Positions 17,988 through 27,571 of a stretch of 64,000 nt of DNA are shown here, piece by piece. The DNA lies in IMG/VR virus record IMGVR_UViG_3300044811_000031, positions 23,792-87,791 of that record; one strand, written 5' to 3'. Position 1 is the stretch's first letter, and each line of letters starts with the position of its first letter. Made by a program: the position numbers and the translations under genes. Origin of the DNA: a virus. The notes below the pieces were generated by a model. That model was not told where the DNA came from. It saw only the letters and a list, made by a program, of their open reading frames with translations, and ran no database searches.

Positions 17988-20351
17988 GTGGCCATCGCCT
18001 TCCGCGCCGCAGGCGCCCGCACCAAGGTCGACATCGGCAACAGCGGCTCCCCGCAGAACGTCGGCCTCCCGGCCGGTCACCTCTCGGGGGACCTGCTGTT
18101 CATGGTCGTCCTCACCGACGACAACAACGGCCCCACCACCCCGTCCGGCTGGTCGAGCCTGTTCGGCTCCCAGCCCGGCAGCTCGCAGGCGTCGCCCTAC
18201 ATCGCCCGGCCGAGGATGCACGTCTTCTACCGCATAGACAACGGCTCCCTGGGCGCCAACGTCAGCGTCACCTTCAACACGTCCAGCTGGCCCACCGGCG
18301 ACCCGTTCGTCGTCGCGTGCACCCTGGCGTACACCGGCTGCGACACCACGAGCCCTATCGGCCAGTGGCAGCAGAGCAACAACCAGAGCACCACGGCCGC
18401 GCAGGCCCACCCGCAGATCACCGAGTCCCTCGCCAACTGCTGGCTGCTGACCTTCCGGGGCGTCAGCACCGACAGCCCTGCCGCCACCTTCACCAACTCG
18501 GTCGGCACGGATGCCGAGCGGGTGGACGACTCCGACGGCTTCAACGAGCTGGCCTTCGGCCTGTACGACTCCAACGTCGCCCTCGTGGCGGGTACCTACA
18601 CCCAGCGCACCACGACGGCCAGCCGCGCCACCACCTACGGCAACGTCCTCGCGAGCATCGCCATCCGCCCGGCGGCCGTGGCTGGGGCCGTGGTCGCCAT
18701 CGCCGGTACGGCGGAGGCCACCGGCACAGCCAACAACGTGACCGCGACCGCCCTGTCCGGCCCGTGGGACAACTGCGCCGTGCTGCCCTCCTACTCGTGG
18801 GCGATCGACTGGGACGGCAACGGCGTCTTCACCGACCCGGGGGAGGACGTCCGGCCGGACATCCTGTCCGGTGGGGTGACGATCGAGTACGGCCGGGACC
18901 AGAGCCGACAGCTCAGCCCGACCAAGATCGGCAGCATCGGGTTCTCGGTCAACAACACCACCCGCAAGTACAGCCCCGAGTACGCATCGGGCGTCCTGTT
19001 CGGGGACCTGGACCCGGCCCGGGAGATGAAGGGCTCGGTCGTCTTCTCCGGCACGACGTACCCCCTGGGCTTCGCCCGGATCGATGACTACAACATCCAT
19101 GCCGACCGGGACAACCGGACCGTCGACTTCACCTTCCTCGACGGGCTCAAGCTGCTCGACGGCTTCCCCCTGTCCACGCCGGTGCTGTCGTCCATGCGCA
19201 CCGGAGACCTGATCAGCTACATCCTCGATCAGGCCGGTTGGACCGGCACCCGGGACATCGACCCCGGCGCGACGATCGTCCCCTTCTGGTGGGTGGAGGG
19301 CCCCAGCGCGCTGTCCGCCATCCAGGATCTCGTCCGCTCCGAGGGCCCGCCCTCGATCGCCTACGTGGACCTGAACAACAACTTCATCTTCCGCGACCGG
19401 CACCACCGGCTGCTGCGGTCGTCCTCGATCAACGTCCAGGCGTCCTTCGCGGCGAAGGCCCTGGGCGACTGCACCGCCCCGGCGGTCACCGGGCTGAGCT
19501 TCACGGCGCCTTTCGACTACGCGCACGGCTGGCGGGACATCGTCAACTCGGTCAGCTTCGATGTGGACGAGCGCTCCCCCGATGCCGAGTACACCGTCGT
19601 GTGGAACTCGGACAGCTCGTACTCCCTGGCCATCGGCGAGAGCCAGACGATCGACATCTCCGGGTCCGACCCGTTCATCAACGCGCAGGATCTCACCCTC
19701 GGAACCGACTACACCGTGACCGGCGCCGGGACGGTCACCACCACGGTCTCCCGCGACTCCGGCCAGTCGGTGCGGATCACCCTGCTGGCCATCGGCGGCT
19801 CCGTCGTCATCTCCAACCTCCAGCTGAGGGGCAGGGCCATCCCTGTCCGGCGGACCATCAAGGTCTCCCAGACGGACGCCGCCTCGATCACGTCCCACGG
19901 TGAGCGGTCGTATCCGGACAGCGCCCCCTGGTCCAACGTCCAGGACGCCTACGCCATAGCGACGATGATCCTGCTCCACTACGCGCACCGACGCCCCACC
20001 GTCTCGCTGCGCCTGGCGGCCTCCGACCCGGAGCACTACCAGCAGATCCTGTCCCGGATGATCTCCGACCGGATCCACATCGTCAACGCCGAGATGGGCA
20101 TCAACGACGACTTCTTCGTGGAGACGATCACCCACAAGATCGACCGGATGAACCAGACCGGGAAGCCGCCGCTGCACTCGGTCGTCCTCGGCTGCGAGAA
20201 GCAGCTGACCCTGAACACCAACCCGTTCCGCTTCGATGTGCGTGGCTCCGGGTTCGACCAGGGCGTGTTCGACCCGATCACCTCCGACGACCCGACCACC
20301 GTGTTCGTCTTCGACCAGGGCATGTTCGACACCGATCTGTACGGGACGTGA
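17988..20351 (+). CDS. Minor tail protein (baseplate hub-like fusion)
   Basis: 787 aa after the tape measure; IDWDGNG.F. Confidence 0.75.
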   Translation: MAIAFRAAGARTKVDIGNSGSPQNVGLPAGHLSGDLLFMVVLTDDNNGPTTPSGWSSLFGSQPGSSQASPYIARPRMHVFYRIDNGSLGANVSVTFNTSSWPTGDPFVVACTLAYTGCDTTSPIGQWQQSNNQSTTAAQAHPQITESLANCWLLTFRGVSTDSPAATFTNSVGTDAERVDDSDGFNELAFGLYDSNVALVAGTYTQRTTTASRATTYGNVLASIAIRPAAVAGAVVAIAGTAEATGTANNVTATALSGPWDNCAVLPSYSWAIDWDGNGVFTDPGEDVRPDILSGGVTIEYGRDQSRQLSPTKIGSIGFSVNNTTRKYSPEYASGVLFGDLDPAREMKGSVVFSGTTYPLGFARIDDYNIHADRDNRTVDFTFLDGLKLLDGFPLSTPVLSSMRTGDLISYILDQAGWTGTRDIDPGATIVPFWWVEGPSALSAIQDLVRSEGPPSIAYVDLNNNFIFRDRHHRLLRSSSINVQASFAAKALGDCTAPAVTGLSFTAPFDYAHGWRDIVNSVSFDVDERSPDAEYTVVWNSDSSYSLAIGESQTIDISGSDPFINAQDLTLGTDYTVTGAGTVTTTVSRDSGQSVRITLLAIGGSVVISNLQLRGRAIPVRRTIKVSQTDAASITSHGERSYPDSAPWSNVQDAYAIATMILLHYAHRRPTVSLRLAASDPEHYQQILSRMISDRIHIVNAEMGINDDFFVETITHKIDRMNQTGKPPLHSVVLGCEKQLTLNTNPFRFDVRGSGFDQGVFDPITSDDPTTVFVFDQGMFDTDLYGT

Positions 20352-20358
20352 GAGAGAA

Positions 20359-20721
20359 ATGAGCCAGCTGCTGCTGCCCAGTTCGCAGGCGTACATCTAC
20401 TGCGGCGAGTGGGTGGGCGACTGCCCCCGCGAGGGCTGCGCCAACGTCGAGTTCCTCTGGATGCCGCTGGTGCCCAACGGCCCCCGGGTCCAGCCCAAGC
20501 CGATGTATGTCTGCTCGTACTGCGGCATGCAGGCGGTCATCGAGTGGCCGGACAGCGAGTTCATGGTCGGGGCGATGGCCGTGCTCATGCAGCGGCCGGT
20601 GCCCGACAACCGGAACTGGTACCCGGCCGACCACGACGTCGCCACCCGGTTCCGCATCCCCCACGGGCAGACGCTCGATGACCTGAGGGCCGAGAACGAA
20701 GCTCACGGAGTGGAGGTGTGA
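20359..20721 (+). CDS. Hypothetical Zn-binding tail-region protein
   Basis: CP..GC, CSYC, RNW.P. Confidence 0.65.
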   Translation: MSQLLLPSSQAYIYCGEWVGDCPREGCANVEFLWMPLVPNGPRVQPKPMYVCSYCGMQAVIEWPDSEFMVGAMAVLMQRPVPDNRNWYPADHDVATRFRIPHGQTLDDLRAENEAHGVEV

Positions 20722-20722
20722 C

Positions 20723-21262
20723 ATGGCGTGGTCCAGCCCTATGACGGCAGTAGCCGGGGCGACGTTCACGGCTGCCCAGTTCAACCAGTACGTCCGGGAC
20801 AACCTGAACGAATGCCCGACGGCCAAGGCCACCGTGGCGTCGCAGATGTTCATCAGCACCGGGGCCAACGCCCTCGTCGCCCGGGCGCCGGGCACGGCCA
20901 CCGTGGTCACCAACCAGACCACGGCGTCGACCTCCTACGTCGACCTCACCACGGTCGGCCCGGCGTTCACGGTGAACACCGGCACCATCGCCATCGTCTC
21001 GTTCTCCGCCTCGGTGGCCAACAACGTGGCCAACAGCGCGGCCAACGTCTCCGTGGCGGTGTCCGGAGCGTCGTCCGTCGCCGCGAGCGACAACTGGTGC
21101 CTGCTGTTCGACGGCAACGCGGCAGGCAACTTCAGCCGGGCCGGGAACACCCACGTCTTCTCCGGCCTGACCCCCGGGTCCAACACCTTCACCACGAAGT
21201 ACAAGGTCGGCTCCAACACCGGCAGCTTCCAGTTCCGCGAGATCAACGTCATCCCCCTGTGA
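20723..21262 (+). CDS. Minor tail protein paralog 1
   Basis: MAW..PMTAV.G..AAQFN..VRDNL, LTPG.NTF..KY. Confidence 0.75.
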   Translation: MAWSSPMTAVAGATFTAAQFNQYVRDNLNECPTAKATVASQMFISTGANALVARAPGTATVVTNQTTASTSYVDLTTVGPAFTVNTGTIAIVSFSASVANNVANSAANVSVAVSGASSVAASDNWCLLFDGNAAGNFSRAGNTHVFSGLTPGSNTFTTKYKVGSNTGSFQFREINVIPL

Positions 21263-21275
21263 GAGGAGGGTCCGC

Positions 21276-21572
21276 ATGGCCACCATCCGCGCCTACGTCA
21301 ACCAGCTCTGGGACGCTCAGCAGTTCATCGCCAGGCAGCTCGGGTCCGACCTCGCCCGGGGGCCGCTGGAGCAGCGGGCGGCCGTCCTGTCCATCGATCT
21401 GACCACGGCCGTGATCCTCAAGACCCTCGTGGACGCCGGGGTCACCACCGACGTCGCCCTCCAGGCGACCATGACCAGCGTGCGGAACGCCATTTACAAG
21501 CGGCAGCCCGGCTTCGTCCCGGCCCCCGGGGACAACGACGAAGGCGTCACCCCGCAGCCGGATCTGGGGTGA
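21276..21572 (+). CDS. Hypothetical protein
   Basis: 98 aa; GGAGG RBS. Confidence 0.65.
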   Translation: MATIRAYVNQLWDAQQFIARQLGSDLARGPLEQRAAVLSIDLTTAVILKTLVDAGVTTDVALQATMTSVRNAIYKRQPGFVPAPGDNDEGVTPQPDLG

Positions 21573-21578
21573 CTGAAC

Positions 21579-22130
21579 ATGGCATGGACTGCTCCCATGA
21601 CAGCGGTGTCCGGCAGCGTCTACACGGCTGCCCAGTTCAACACCCACGTCCGGGACAACCTGAACGAGACGGCCGTGGCCCACGCTGCCAACCTGGGCGG
21701 GTACTTCGTCACCGCCGGGACCAACCAGATCGTGGAGAGGCTGATCGGGCAGTCGACCCTGAACGCCTCCAGTGTGACGTCGTCCACCAGCTACACCGAT
21801 CTGGACGACGGGATCCCCGGCCCGACCGTCACCCTGACCACCGGCAGCACGGCCCTGGTCACCGTCGGCGGGCGCATCGGCCCCAACACGGTCGCCACCC
21901 CGAGCACGAAGATGAGCTGGGAGGTATCCGGCGCGTCCTCCGTCACGGCGGCCGACGACTGGGCAGCCGGGCAGGTCAACTCCGGCACGACCACCATGGT
22001 CGTCTACACCTGCCGCACGTACCTGGCCACCGGCCTGACTCCCGGCGTGAACACCTTCACCGCGAAGTACTGCGTCAGCTCGGGCACCGGCACCTACAGC
22101 GTCCGCAACATCAACGTTCTGCCGTTCTGA
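21579..22130 (+). CDS. Minor tail protein paralog 2
   Basis: Same motifs as 20723. Confidence 0.75.
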   Translation: MAWTAPMTAVSGSVYTAAQFNTHVRDNLNETAVAHAANLGGYFVTAGTNQIVERLIGQSTLNASSVTSSTSYTDLDDGIPGPTVTLTTGSTALVTVGGRIGPNTVATPSTKMSWEVSGASSVTAADDWAAGQVNSGTTTMVVYTCRTYLATGLTPGVNTFTAKYCVSSGTGTYSVRNINVLPF

Positions 22131-22143
22131 GGGAGGTGATCGT

Positions 22144-22689
22144 ATGGCCTGGACCGCCGTCCCCACGGCCGTGGCCGGGTCCGTGGTGTCCGCCGCGCAG
22201 TTCAACACCTACATCCGGGACAACCTCCTCGCCTCGGAGGCTGCCGCCTGCCTGACGCCGGGCAGCTTCCCGGTCACCTCCGGAGCCAACGCCGTGGTCG
22301 AGAGGATCCCGGCCACGGCCATCGTCGCCGCCGGTGAGACCGTGACGTCAGCTACGTACGCCGACTGTGCGACCCCCGGCCCGTCGGTGACGTGCGCTAC
22401 CGGCACCATCGCTCTGGTCATCGTCGGCGGCCGTATCGGCCCGAACACGGTCGCCACCCCGAGCACGAAGATGAGCTGGGAGGTCAGCGGGGCGACGACC
22501 ATCGCGGCATCGGACACGTGGGCGGCCGGTATGGTCAACCCCGGTACCACCACCTTCGCCATCTACACATCCCGGTGGTTCCGGACCACGGCCCTCACCC
22601 CGGGCAACAACACCTTCAAAGCCAAGTACGCGGCCAGCTCGGGTACGGCCACCTACACCTTCCGCTCCATCCACGTCATTCCGTTCTGA
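22144..22689 (+). CDS. Minor tail protein paralog 3
   Basis: Same motifs; shares VGGRIGPNTVATPSTKMSWEVSGA with paralog 2. Confidence 0.75.
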   Translation: MAWTAVPTAVAGSVVSAAQFNTYIRDNLLASEAAACLTPGSFPVTSGANAVVERIPATAIVAAGETVTSATYADCATPGPSVTCATGTIALVIVGGRIGPNTVATPSTKMSWEVSGATTIAASDTWAAGMVNPGTTTFAIYTSRWFRTTALTPGNNTFKAKYAASSGTATYTFRSIHVIPF

Positions 22690-22696
22690 GGAGATC

Positions 22697-23011
22697 ATGG
22701 ACTTCAGCCGGTTCCTCAGCCCGGACGTCGGTGCCGTCGGCATCCTCGTCCTCGTCGTCCTGCTCATCCTCTGGGGACTGCTGCTCCCCCGGTCGACGGT
22801 CAAGGCCCTGCTCGACGCCAAGGACGAGCAGGTGGAGCTGTACCGGTCCGCCTACCGGGACGCCATGGAGACCGTCGGGATCAAGGACCGGCAGATAGGC
22901 CAGCTGATGGAGATGGCCCGCACCACCACCCACGTGATCGAAGCCCTTCCGGGAGCGATCGGCCGGGACGGGGGTGACACCCATGCGCTGGACCCTGCGA
23001 AGGAAGGTTGA
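22697..23011 (+). CDS. Membrane protein (lysis cassette)
   Basis: One N-terminal TM segment plus coiled region. Confidence 0.65.
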   Translation: MDFSRFLSPDVGAVGILVLVVLLILWGLLLPRSTVKALLDAKDEQVELYRSAYRDAMETVGIKDRQIGQLMEMARTTTHVIEALPGAIGRDGGDTHALDPAKEG

Positions 23012-23012
23012 C

Positions 23013-23198
23013 ATGATCAAGAGCGAAGACACCGAGGCTCGTCATGCAGCTCAGCACGCCAAGGCAGTCCGGAACAAGGCCCTCGAAGACACCGGGGAGA
23101 TCGCCGCCCTGAGCAACAGGCTCCGCACCCTGCGGGAGACCAACCACTTCGCCGACCTGATCCGGGCGGCCCTGAACGGTGAGGCCCACAGACCGTGA
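23013..23198 (+). CDS. Small lysis-cassette protein
   Basis: LRETNHFA; coupled to neighbours. Confidence 0.6.
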   Translation: MIKSEDTEARHAAQHAKAVRNKALEDTGEIAALSNRLRTLRETNHFADLIRAALNGEAHRP

Positions 23199-23503
23199 AC
23201 ACCTACGAGACGATCAACTACTGGGCGAGCATGTACGCCTCCATCGCCTGCATCGCCTTCGTGATCGCCTACTCGGTCCTGGCACCATGGTGGAAGACCT
23301 CCACCGGGCGCATGATCATGATGCTGGTCGGCGGGCTGGCCGGGCTGGCGATACTGAGCATCGCCTTCTACCAGGTCCGGGACGCGGACACCGTCCGGGC
23401 CATCCGCTCCGTCCTGGTGATCCTCGTCGGCACCGCCCTGTGGTGGCAGGCCGGAGCCGTGGTCAGGGTCCAGATACAGCGCAGACGGGAGAAGCGGCGA
23501 TGA
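23195..23503 (+). CDS. Putative holin
   Basis: 3 TM segments and a basic C-terminus; before the endolysin. Confidence 0.65.
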   Translation: MNTYETINYWASMYASIACIAFVIAYSVLAPWWKTSTGRMIMMLVGGLAGLAILSIAFYQVRDADTVRAIRSVLVILVGTALWWQAGAVVRVQIQRRREKRR

Positions 23504-24726
23504 GTAAGATCACCATCTGGCAGGCTCTGGCCCGCTGCGCGCTGACCACCCACTGGGCCGTCAACATGTGCGACAACTTCTGCGCCAACATGTACGGCTA
23601 CGCCTTCTCCGGCTACACCGACGCCGTGGCCCACTGGAACCACCTGCCCGCTGCCGACAAGCATCCCGGGGACGACACCGTCCCGCCGGGCATGCTGGCC
23701 TTCTGGGGTGGGGGCCACGGCCACGTCGCCGTCTCCGACGGTACGGGGTACGTCTGGTCCACGGACATCTCCGGCGCGGGTACCGTGAGCCGTGTGCCCC
23801 TCGGCCTGGTCGCCTCCCGCTGGGGCAAGCCCTACCTGGGCTGGGGGGAGCCGATGTTCCAGGGCATAGCTTGGAGTGAGACCGTGCCACGAGTGATGAG
23901 GGACAGCACCAACCCCGCCGACATCCCCCTGGCCGGGACGGACCTGGTCGCCGGATACCTGAACGGCAGCTACGCGTGGTCGGCCGCCGGGTGGGCCCGC
24001 TTCCCCGACGCCGGGCACGTGACGATCGACGTCAACGGCACCCGGCCGGATGCCGACGTGCTCGACGTGGAGCCCGGCGACGCCACCGTGGCGGGCGGCG
24101 TGCGCTGGCTGCCCAAGGCCCTGGCCGTCAGCCGTGACTTCGTCCCGGTGATCTACTGCAACCGCAGCAACCGCACGGCCTTCGTCACCGCCGCGAAGAC
24201 GGCCGGGTTCAGCATCAACACCCACTACAAGTTCTGGGTCGCGACGCTGGACGGCACCCGCACCCTGAGCGACATGACCGGCGTCGCGGCCATCCAGTGG
24301 GCGGGTGCCGGGCAGACCGGCCACCACTACGATCAGTCCGACGTGTTCGATGACACCTGGAAGGCGACCGACATGCCGCTCACCACGGCCGACAAGGCCT
24401 GGATCTCCGCCGAGTTCGTCAAGCAGCTGAAGGCCGTGGTCTACGGCCAGGTCTGGGACCAGGACAAGATGCCCGCTCCCGACACCGCGCCCGACAAGGC
24501 GACCAACGCCAACCAGCTCCCGCGCAACGTCGTGCGCAGCACGTACGACCTCGCCAACACCACCGAGCAGACCGCCCGCGCCGTTCTCGCGCAGGCCGAG
24601 ACCATCGGCGTCTCGCTCAGCGAGATCAAGGCGACGCTCGCGGCTCTCGATCTCTCCCAGCTCCCGGCGGAGATCGCCGCCCGGCTGGAGACCCTCAAGC
24701 TCAACGTCACCGTGTCGGAGGTCTGA
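23500..24726 (+). CDS. Endolysin: CHAP/NlpC-like peptidase plus glycoside hydrolase (GH25-like) domain
   Basis: MCDNFC, GHVA, YLGW; then LDVEPGD, PVIY, WVA, QW, D.S. Confidence 0.75.
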   Translation: MSKITIWQALARCALTTHWAVNMCDNFCANMYGYAFSGYTDAVAHWNHLPAADKHPGDDTVPPGMLAFWGGGHGHVAVSDGTGYVWSTDISGAGTVSRVPLGLVASRWGKPYLGWGEPMFQGIAWSETVPRVMRDSTNPADIPLAGTDLVAGYLNGSYAWSAAGWARFPDAGHVTIDVNGTRPDADVLDVEPGDATVAGGVRWLPKALAVSRDFVPVIYCNRSNRTAFVTAAKTAGFSINTHYKFWVATLDGTRTLSDMTGVAAIQWAGAGQTGHHYDQSDVFDDTWKATDMPLTTADKAWISAEFVKQLKAVVYGQVWDQDKMPAPDTAPDKATNANQLPRNVVRSTYDLANTTEQTARAVLAQAETIGVSLSEIKATLAALDLSQLPAEIAARLETLKLNVTVSEV

Positions 24727-24728
24727 TC

Positions 24729-24956
24729 ATGTCGCAGTTCGCACAGCTCGAAGAGACCGCGCGGGCGGCTGCCGTCGCCGTACTGCGGGAGGCCCTGGAG
24801 CGTATCGAGACCCTGGAGAAGAAGGTCGAAGACCTCCTGTCCGCCCCCGCCCCCAAGGCGCCGCCCGCCCCCGCCGCTGCTCCGGCCGCCAAGGGGTCGT
24901 CCACGACCGCGCGGGCGCAGAGCGCCACCGCCAAGGGAACGTCAGGGAACAAGTGA
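24729..24956 (+). CDS. Hypothetical coiled-coil protein
   Basis: 75 aa, coupled to the next gene. Confidence 0.6.
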   Translation: MSQFAQLEETARAAAVAVLREALERIETLEKKVEDLLSAPAPKAPPAPAAAPAAKGSSTTARAQSATAKGTSGNK

Positions 24957-26035
24957 AGATCAAGGTCTACCCGGCGGACGTCTTCGGGTGTGGGCACTTC
25001 CGGCTCATCTGGGCCTGCGAGTTCCTGATGGCGGCCGGGCACGACATCGAGCTGGTGCCCCCCGGGGAGCGCCAGCTCGAACTCCGTGTCAGCGGGAACG
25101 AGGTGACCGACGTCGTCCTGGGCGACGAGGACGTGATCGTGTTCCAGCGGGTGACGCACGCCTTCCTCGCTCAGGCCGTGCCGATCATCCGGGCCAAGGG
25201 CGTGGCGGTCGTGGTCGACATAGACGACGACCTGTCCGCCATCCACCCGAGCAACCCGGCCTACGCCGCGATGCACCCGCGCAACGAGATGCGCCTGGAG
25301 CCCGGCCGCCGGGAGCCCCGCCGTCACAGCTGGCACCACCTGGCCACGGCCTGCCGCGAGGCGACCCTGGTGACGACCTCGACGCCGGGGCTCATCGAGC
25401 GCTACGCCCGCCACGGCCGGGGACAGGTCATCTACAACTACCTGCCGGAGATCTACTACGGCGTCCCCCACGAGGACAGTGACCTCATCGGCTGGCCTGC
25501 CGCGCTCGTCTCCCACCCGGATGACCCGTCGGCCGTAGGTGGTGCGCTCGCACGCCTGACGGGGGCAGGAGCGGCCTTCCAGGTCGTGGGTGACCCAACG
25601 GGCGCCGGACGGGCCTTCGGGCTCTCAGAGGACCCTCAGGGGATTCTCGGGGTCGACGTCCACCAGTGGCCCGCAGAGGTCGCCAGGCTCGGCATCGGCA
25701 TCGCCCCGCTGGCCGACACGAAGTTCAACCGCAGCAAGAGCTGGCTCAAGCCGCTAGAGATGAGCGCTCTCGGTGTGCCGTGGGTGGCCAGCCCGAGCGC
25801 GGAGTACGCGCGCCTGCACCGCATGGGCGTCGGGGTGCTGGCCGACCGGCCGCGTCAGTGGTACCGCCACCTGGACCTGATCCGGCGGGACGCCGGGCTG
25901 CGCAACGACCTCGCCGGGCAGGGCTACGAGGTCGCCGCCGGGCTCCGGCTACGCGACCACGCGTGGCGGTGGGCCGAGGCCTGGAGCAACGCTCTGGAGC
26001 TGCAACGTGGGAGTGTCGGCGCCGGGGTCCAGTAG
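24953..26035 (+). CDS. GT-B fold glycosyltransferase
   Basis: GCGHFR, VVVDIDDD, IGIAPLADTKFNRSKSWLK.LE..ALGVP.VAS. Confidence 0.8.
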   Translation: MKIKVYPADVFGCGHFRLIWACEFLMAAGHDIELVPPGERQLELRVSGNEVTDVVLGDEDVIVFQRVTHAFLAQAVPIIRAKGVAVVVDIDDDLSAIHPSNPAYAAMHPRNEMRLEPGRREPRRHSWHHLATACREATLVTTSTPGLIERYARHGRGQVIYNYLPEIYYGVPHEDSDLIGWPAALVSHPDDPSAVGGALARLTGAGAAFQVVGDPTGAGRAFGLSEDPQGILGVDVHQWPAEVARLGIGIAPLADTKFNRSKSWLKPLEMSALGVPWVASPSAEYARLHRMGVGVLADRPRQWYRHLDLIRRDAGLRNDLAGQGYEVAAGLRLRDHAWRWAEAWSNALELQRGSVGAGVQ

Positions 26036-26212
26036 GTCGCACTGCCGGGAGAGCTGCTCGATCCGCCCGGCCAGGGCGTCGATCTGTACGGTCAGGGAGG
26101 CCCGGCAGCGGGGGCTCAGGTCGGTGGCGTCCTGGATCTGACGCCGTTTGGCCTCCAGCAGGCCGGTCATGTCGGCGGCGTGGGCGGCCAGCTCCTGCAA
26201 GGTCATCATCAT
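25949..26212 (-). CDS. Hypothetical protein
   Basis: ATGA-coupled to whiB; overlaps the convergent GT end. Confidence 0.45.
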   Translation of the reverse strand: MMMTLQELAAHAADMTGLLEAKRRQIQDATDLSPRCRASLTVQIDALAGRIEQLSRQCDLLDPGADTPTLQLQSVAPGLGPPPRVVA

Positions 26213-26610
26213 GTGGTGGCGGCTTCCGGCTGGTGCTTCCCGGTGGGACGGCTCTCCGCCCTCCACGATGCGCCGCACCGGGTGCAGACCTCGTACTCGT
26301 CCACCGCCACCAGGTCGACGCTCAGGCACAGCGGGCACTTGGCCCGGCTGCGCGTACGGGACATGGCCTGGCGCATGGCCCGGGTGGTCCCGGCCCACAG
26401 CCCCCAGTCCTTGTTGATCACTGCCGAGTTCAGGCACTTGCCCCGGACCGGGCAGATGTTGCAGTAGGTGCTCTGCACGAAGGCCAGAGCCACCGCGTCG
26501 TTCTCGTCGGCGGGGTAGAAGACCGCGTCGAATTCATTGAGGTCTACGCCCTTGCACCGGGCGTACTCGTGCCAGTCGGGCTTGATGGAAGCCCACACGC
26601 TGTCTGCCAT
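26209..26610 (-). CDS. whiB: WhiB-family transcription factor with C-terminal Zn ribbon
   Basis: W...A.C, C..CPV...C, GLWAG; extra CPLC..CTRC. Confidence 0.85.
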   Translation of the reverse strand: MADSVWASIKPDWHEYARCKGVDLNEFDAVFYPADENDAVALAFVQSTYCNICPVRGKCLNSAVINKDWGLWAGTTRAMRQAMSRTRSRAKCPLCLSVDLVAVDEYEVCTRCGASWRAESRPTGKHQPEAATT

Positions 26611-26654
26611 GCCGAGCCTCGATTCTTTCGCCTCCCATAGTCCGCCTGTGTGGA

Positions 26655-26695
26655 GAAATAGAAAAGGCCCAGCACCCGGGGTGGGTGCTGGGCCT
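26655..26695 (-). terminator. Intrinsic terminator of the leftward early operon
   Basis: AGGCCCAGCACCC/GGGTGCTGGGCCT stem with a U-rich tail on the - strand. Confidence 0.75.
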
Positions 26696-26702
26696 CTCGG
26701 TC

Positions 26703-27446
26703 CTAGCCTTGCCGTTCTCCCATGGGCGGATACCCGGCACCGCGCGCCGGTGCCCGCAGGTGCCACGGGATGTCCAGATCGGGGGAGGCGACGGACGCCT
26801 GCATGCTGAAGGCGTCGCCCTGTAGCTCCCAGTCCTCCCGGAACCCGGCCGTACGCGACTCGCGGTCGAGCACCGGCGGAGGAGGCAGTATCCCGCCGGG
26901 GTGGTACCCGCCGCCGCGCTGGCTGCTCGGCCGCACCGGGTACCGGTCGTCGTCCATGCCACCGGTGCGTCGTCCGCCCCCGGCCGGGATGGTCCGGCGC
27001 CCCCGCTCCGGGAAGGTCGAGCCGACGTAGTCCGTGTCCCGCCAGGCGTTCTTGACGACGTACTGGTGGGAGCCGGTCGTCGGGCTGTAGCCGATGTCGG
27101 GGACGACCCGCTGGCCGTCGGCCGTGATCCACGCGATGGGGGTCTGGTAGCTGTAGACCACGTACTCCGCGTCGCGGGCCTCGTCCTGGTACTCGGTCGG
27201 CAGGTGGCCCATCTCGGCCGCCCCACCGATCACGCCGCGCATCGACCCGGTGCCGATGCGGAACGCCTTCAACTGGGTGATGCGCGGTCCGGCCTGATCG
27301 ATCGTGACGACCATGCGCCGGTCGGTGTAGTGGCGGTGGCCGTCGACCATGTGGTCGCAGGTGCCGCACTTCCGGCCCATTCCCTCGGTGTACTGCTCGC
27401 AGCCGCACCAGCGGTTGGCGCACTCGTGCGGGGTTGCCCGGTTCAC
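26703..27446 (-). CDS. Hypothetical protein (YVVYSY.TPI.W family)
   Basis: GTG start; paralog of 28561-29037. Confidence 0.65.
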   Translation of the reverse strand: MNRATPHECANRWCGCEQYTEGMGRKCGTCDHMVDGHRHYTDRRMVVTIDQAGPRITQLKAFRIGTGSMRGVIGGAAEMGHLPTEYQDEARDAEYVVYSYQTPIAWITADGQRVVPDIGYSPTTGSHQYVVKNAWRDTDYVGSTFPERGRRTIPAGGGRRTGGMDDDRYPVRPSSQRGGGYHPGGILPPPPVLDRESRTAGFREDWELQGDAFSMQASVASPDLDIPWHLRAPARGAGYPPMGERQG

Positions 27447-27562
27447 TTCTTCTTGCCTCCCTTGTCGCCCGGCTTCTGGCCGGTGGCGATGTACTTGAGC
27501 GTCGCTTTGATGCCCCCGTAACCGGCCATTCCCAGCCCGGCCTCGATCACCCAGATCCACAT
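27443..27562 (-). CDS. 39-aa small protein
   Basis: GAGGAGG RBS; coupled to the downstream gene. Confidence 0.5.
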   Translation of the reverse strand: MWIWVIEAGLGMAGYGGIKATLKYIATGQKPGDKGGKKK

Positions 27563-27571
27563 GGCGCCTCC

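Noticed and set aside
766-20396. Long antisense or alternate-frame ORFs (e.g. 766-2481, 2527-4383, 14831-18040, 17883-20396, and + strand ORFs over the leftward arm)
   Set aside because: Shadow ORFs expected at ~70% GC; they overlap motif-supported genes and lack RBS or motifs
20723-22689. Diversity-generating retroelement TR/VR
   Set aside because: No reverse transcriptase in the window, and the copies are complete ORFs with no evident adenine-specific pattern
26600-26950. A fourth copy of the dispersed element, predicted from the ~2:1 spacing (26.7 kb and 13.2 kb)
   Set aside because: No matching blocks seen here, only a terminator; periodicity is unsupported
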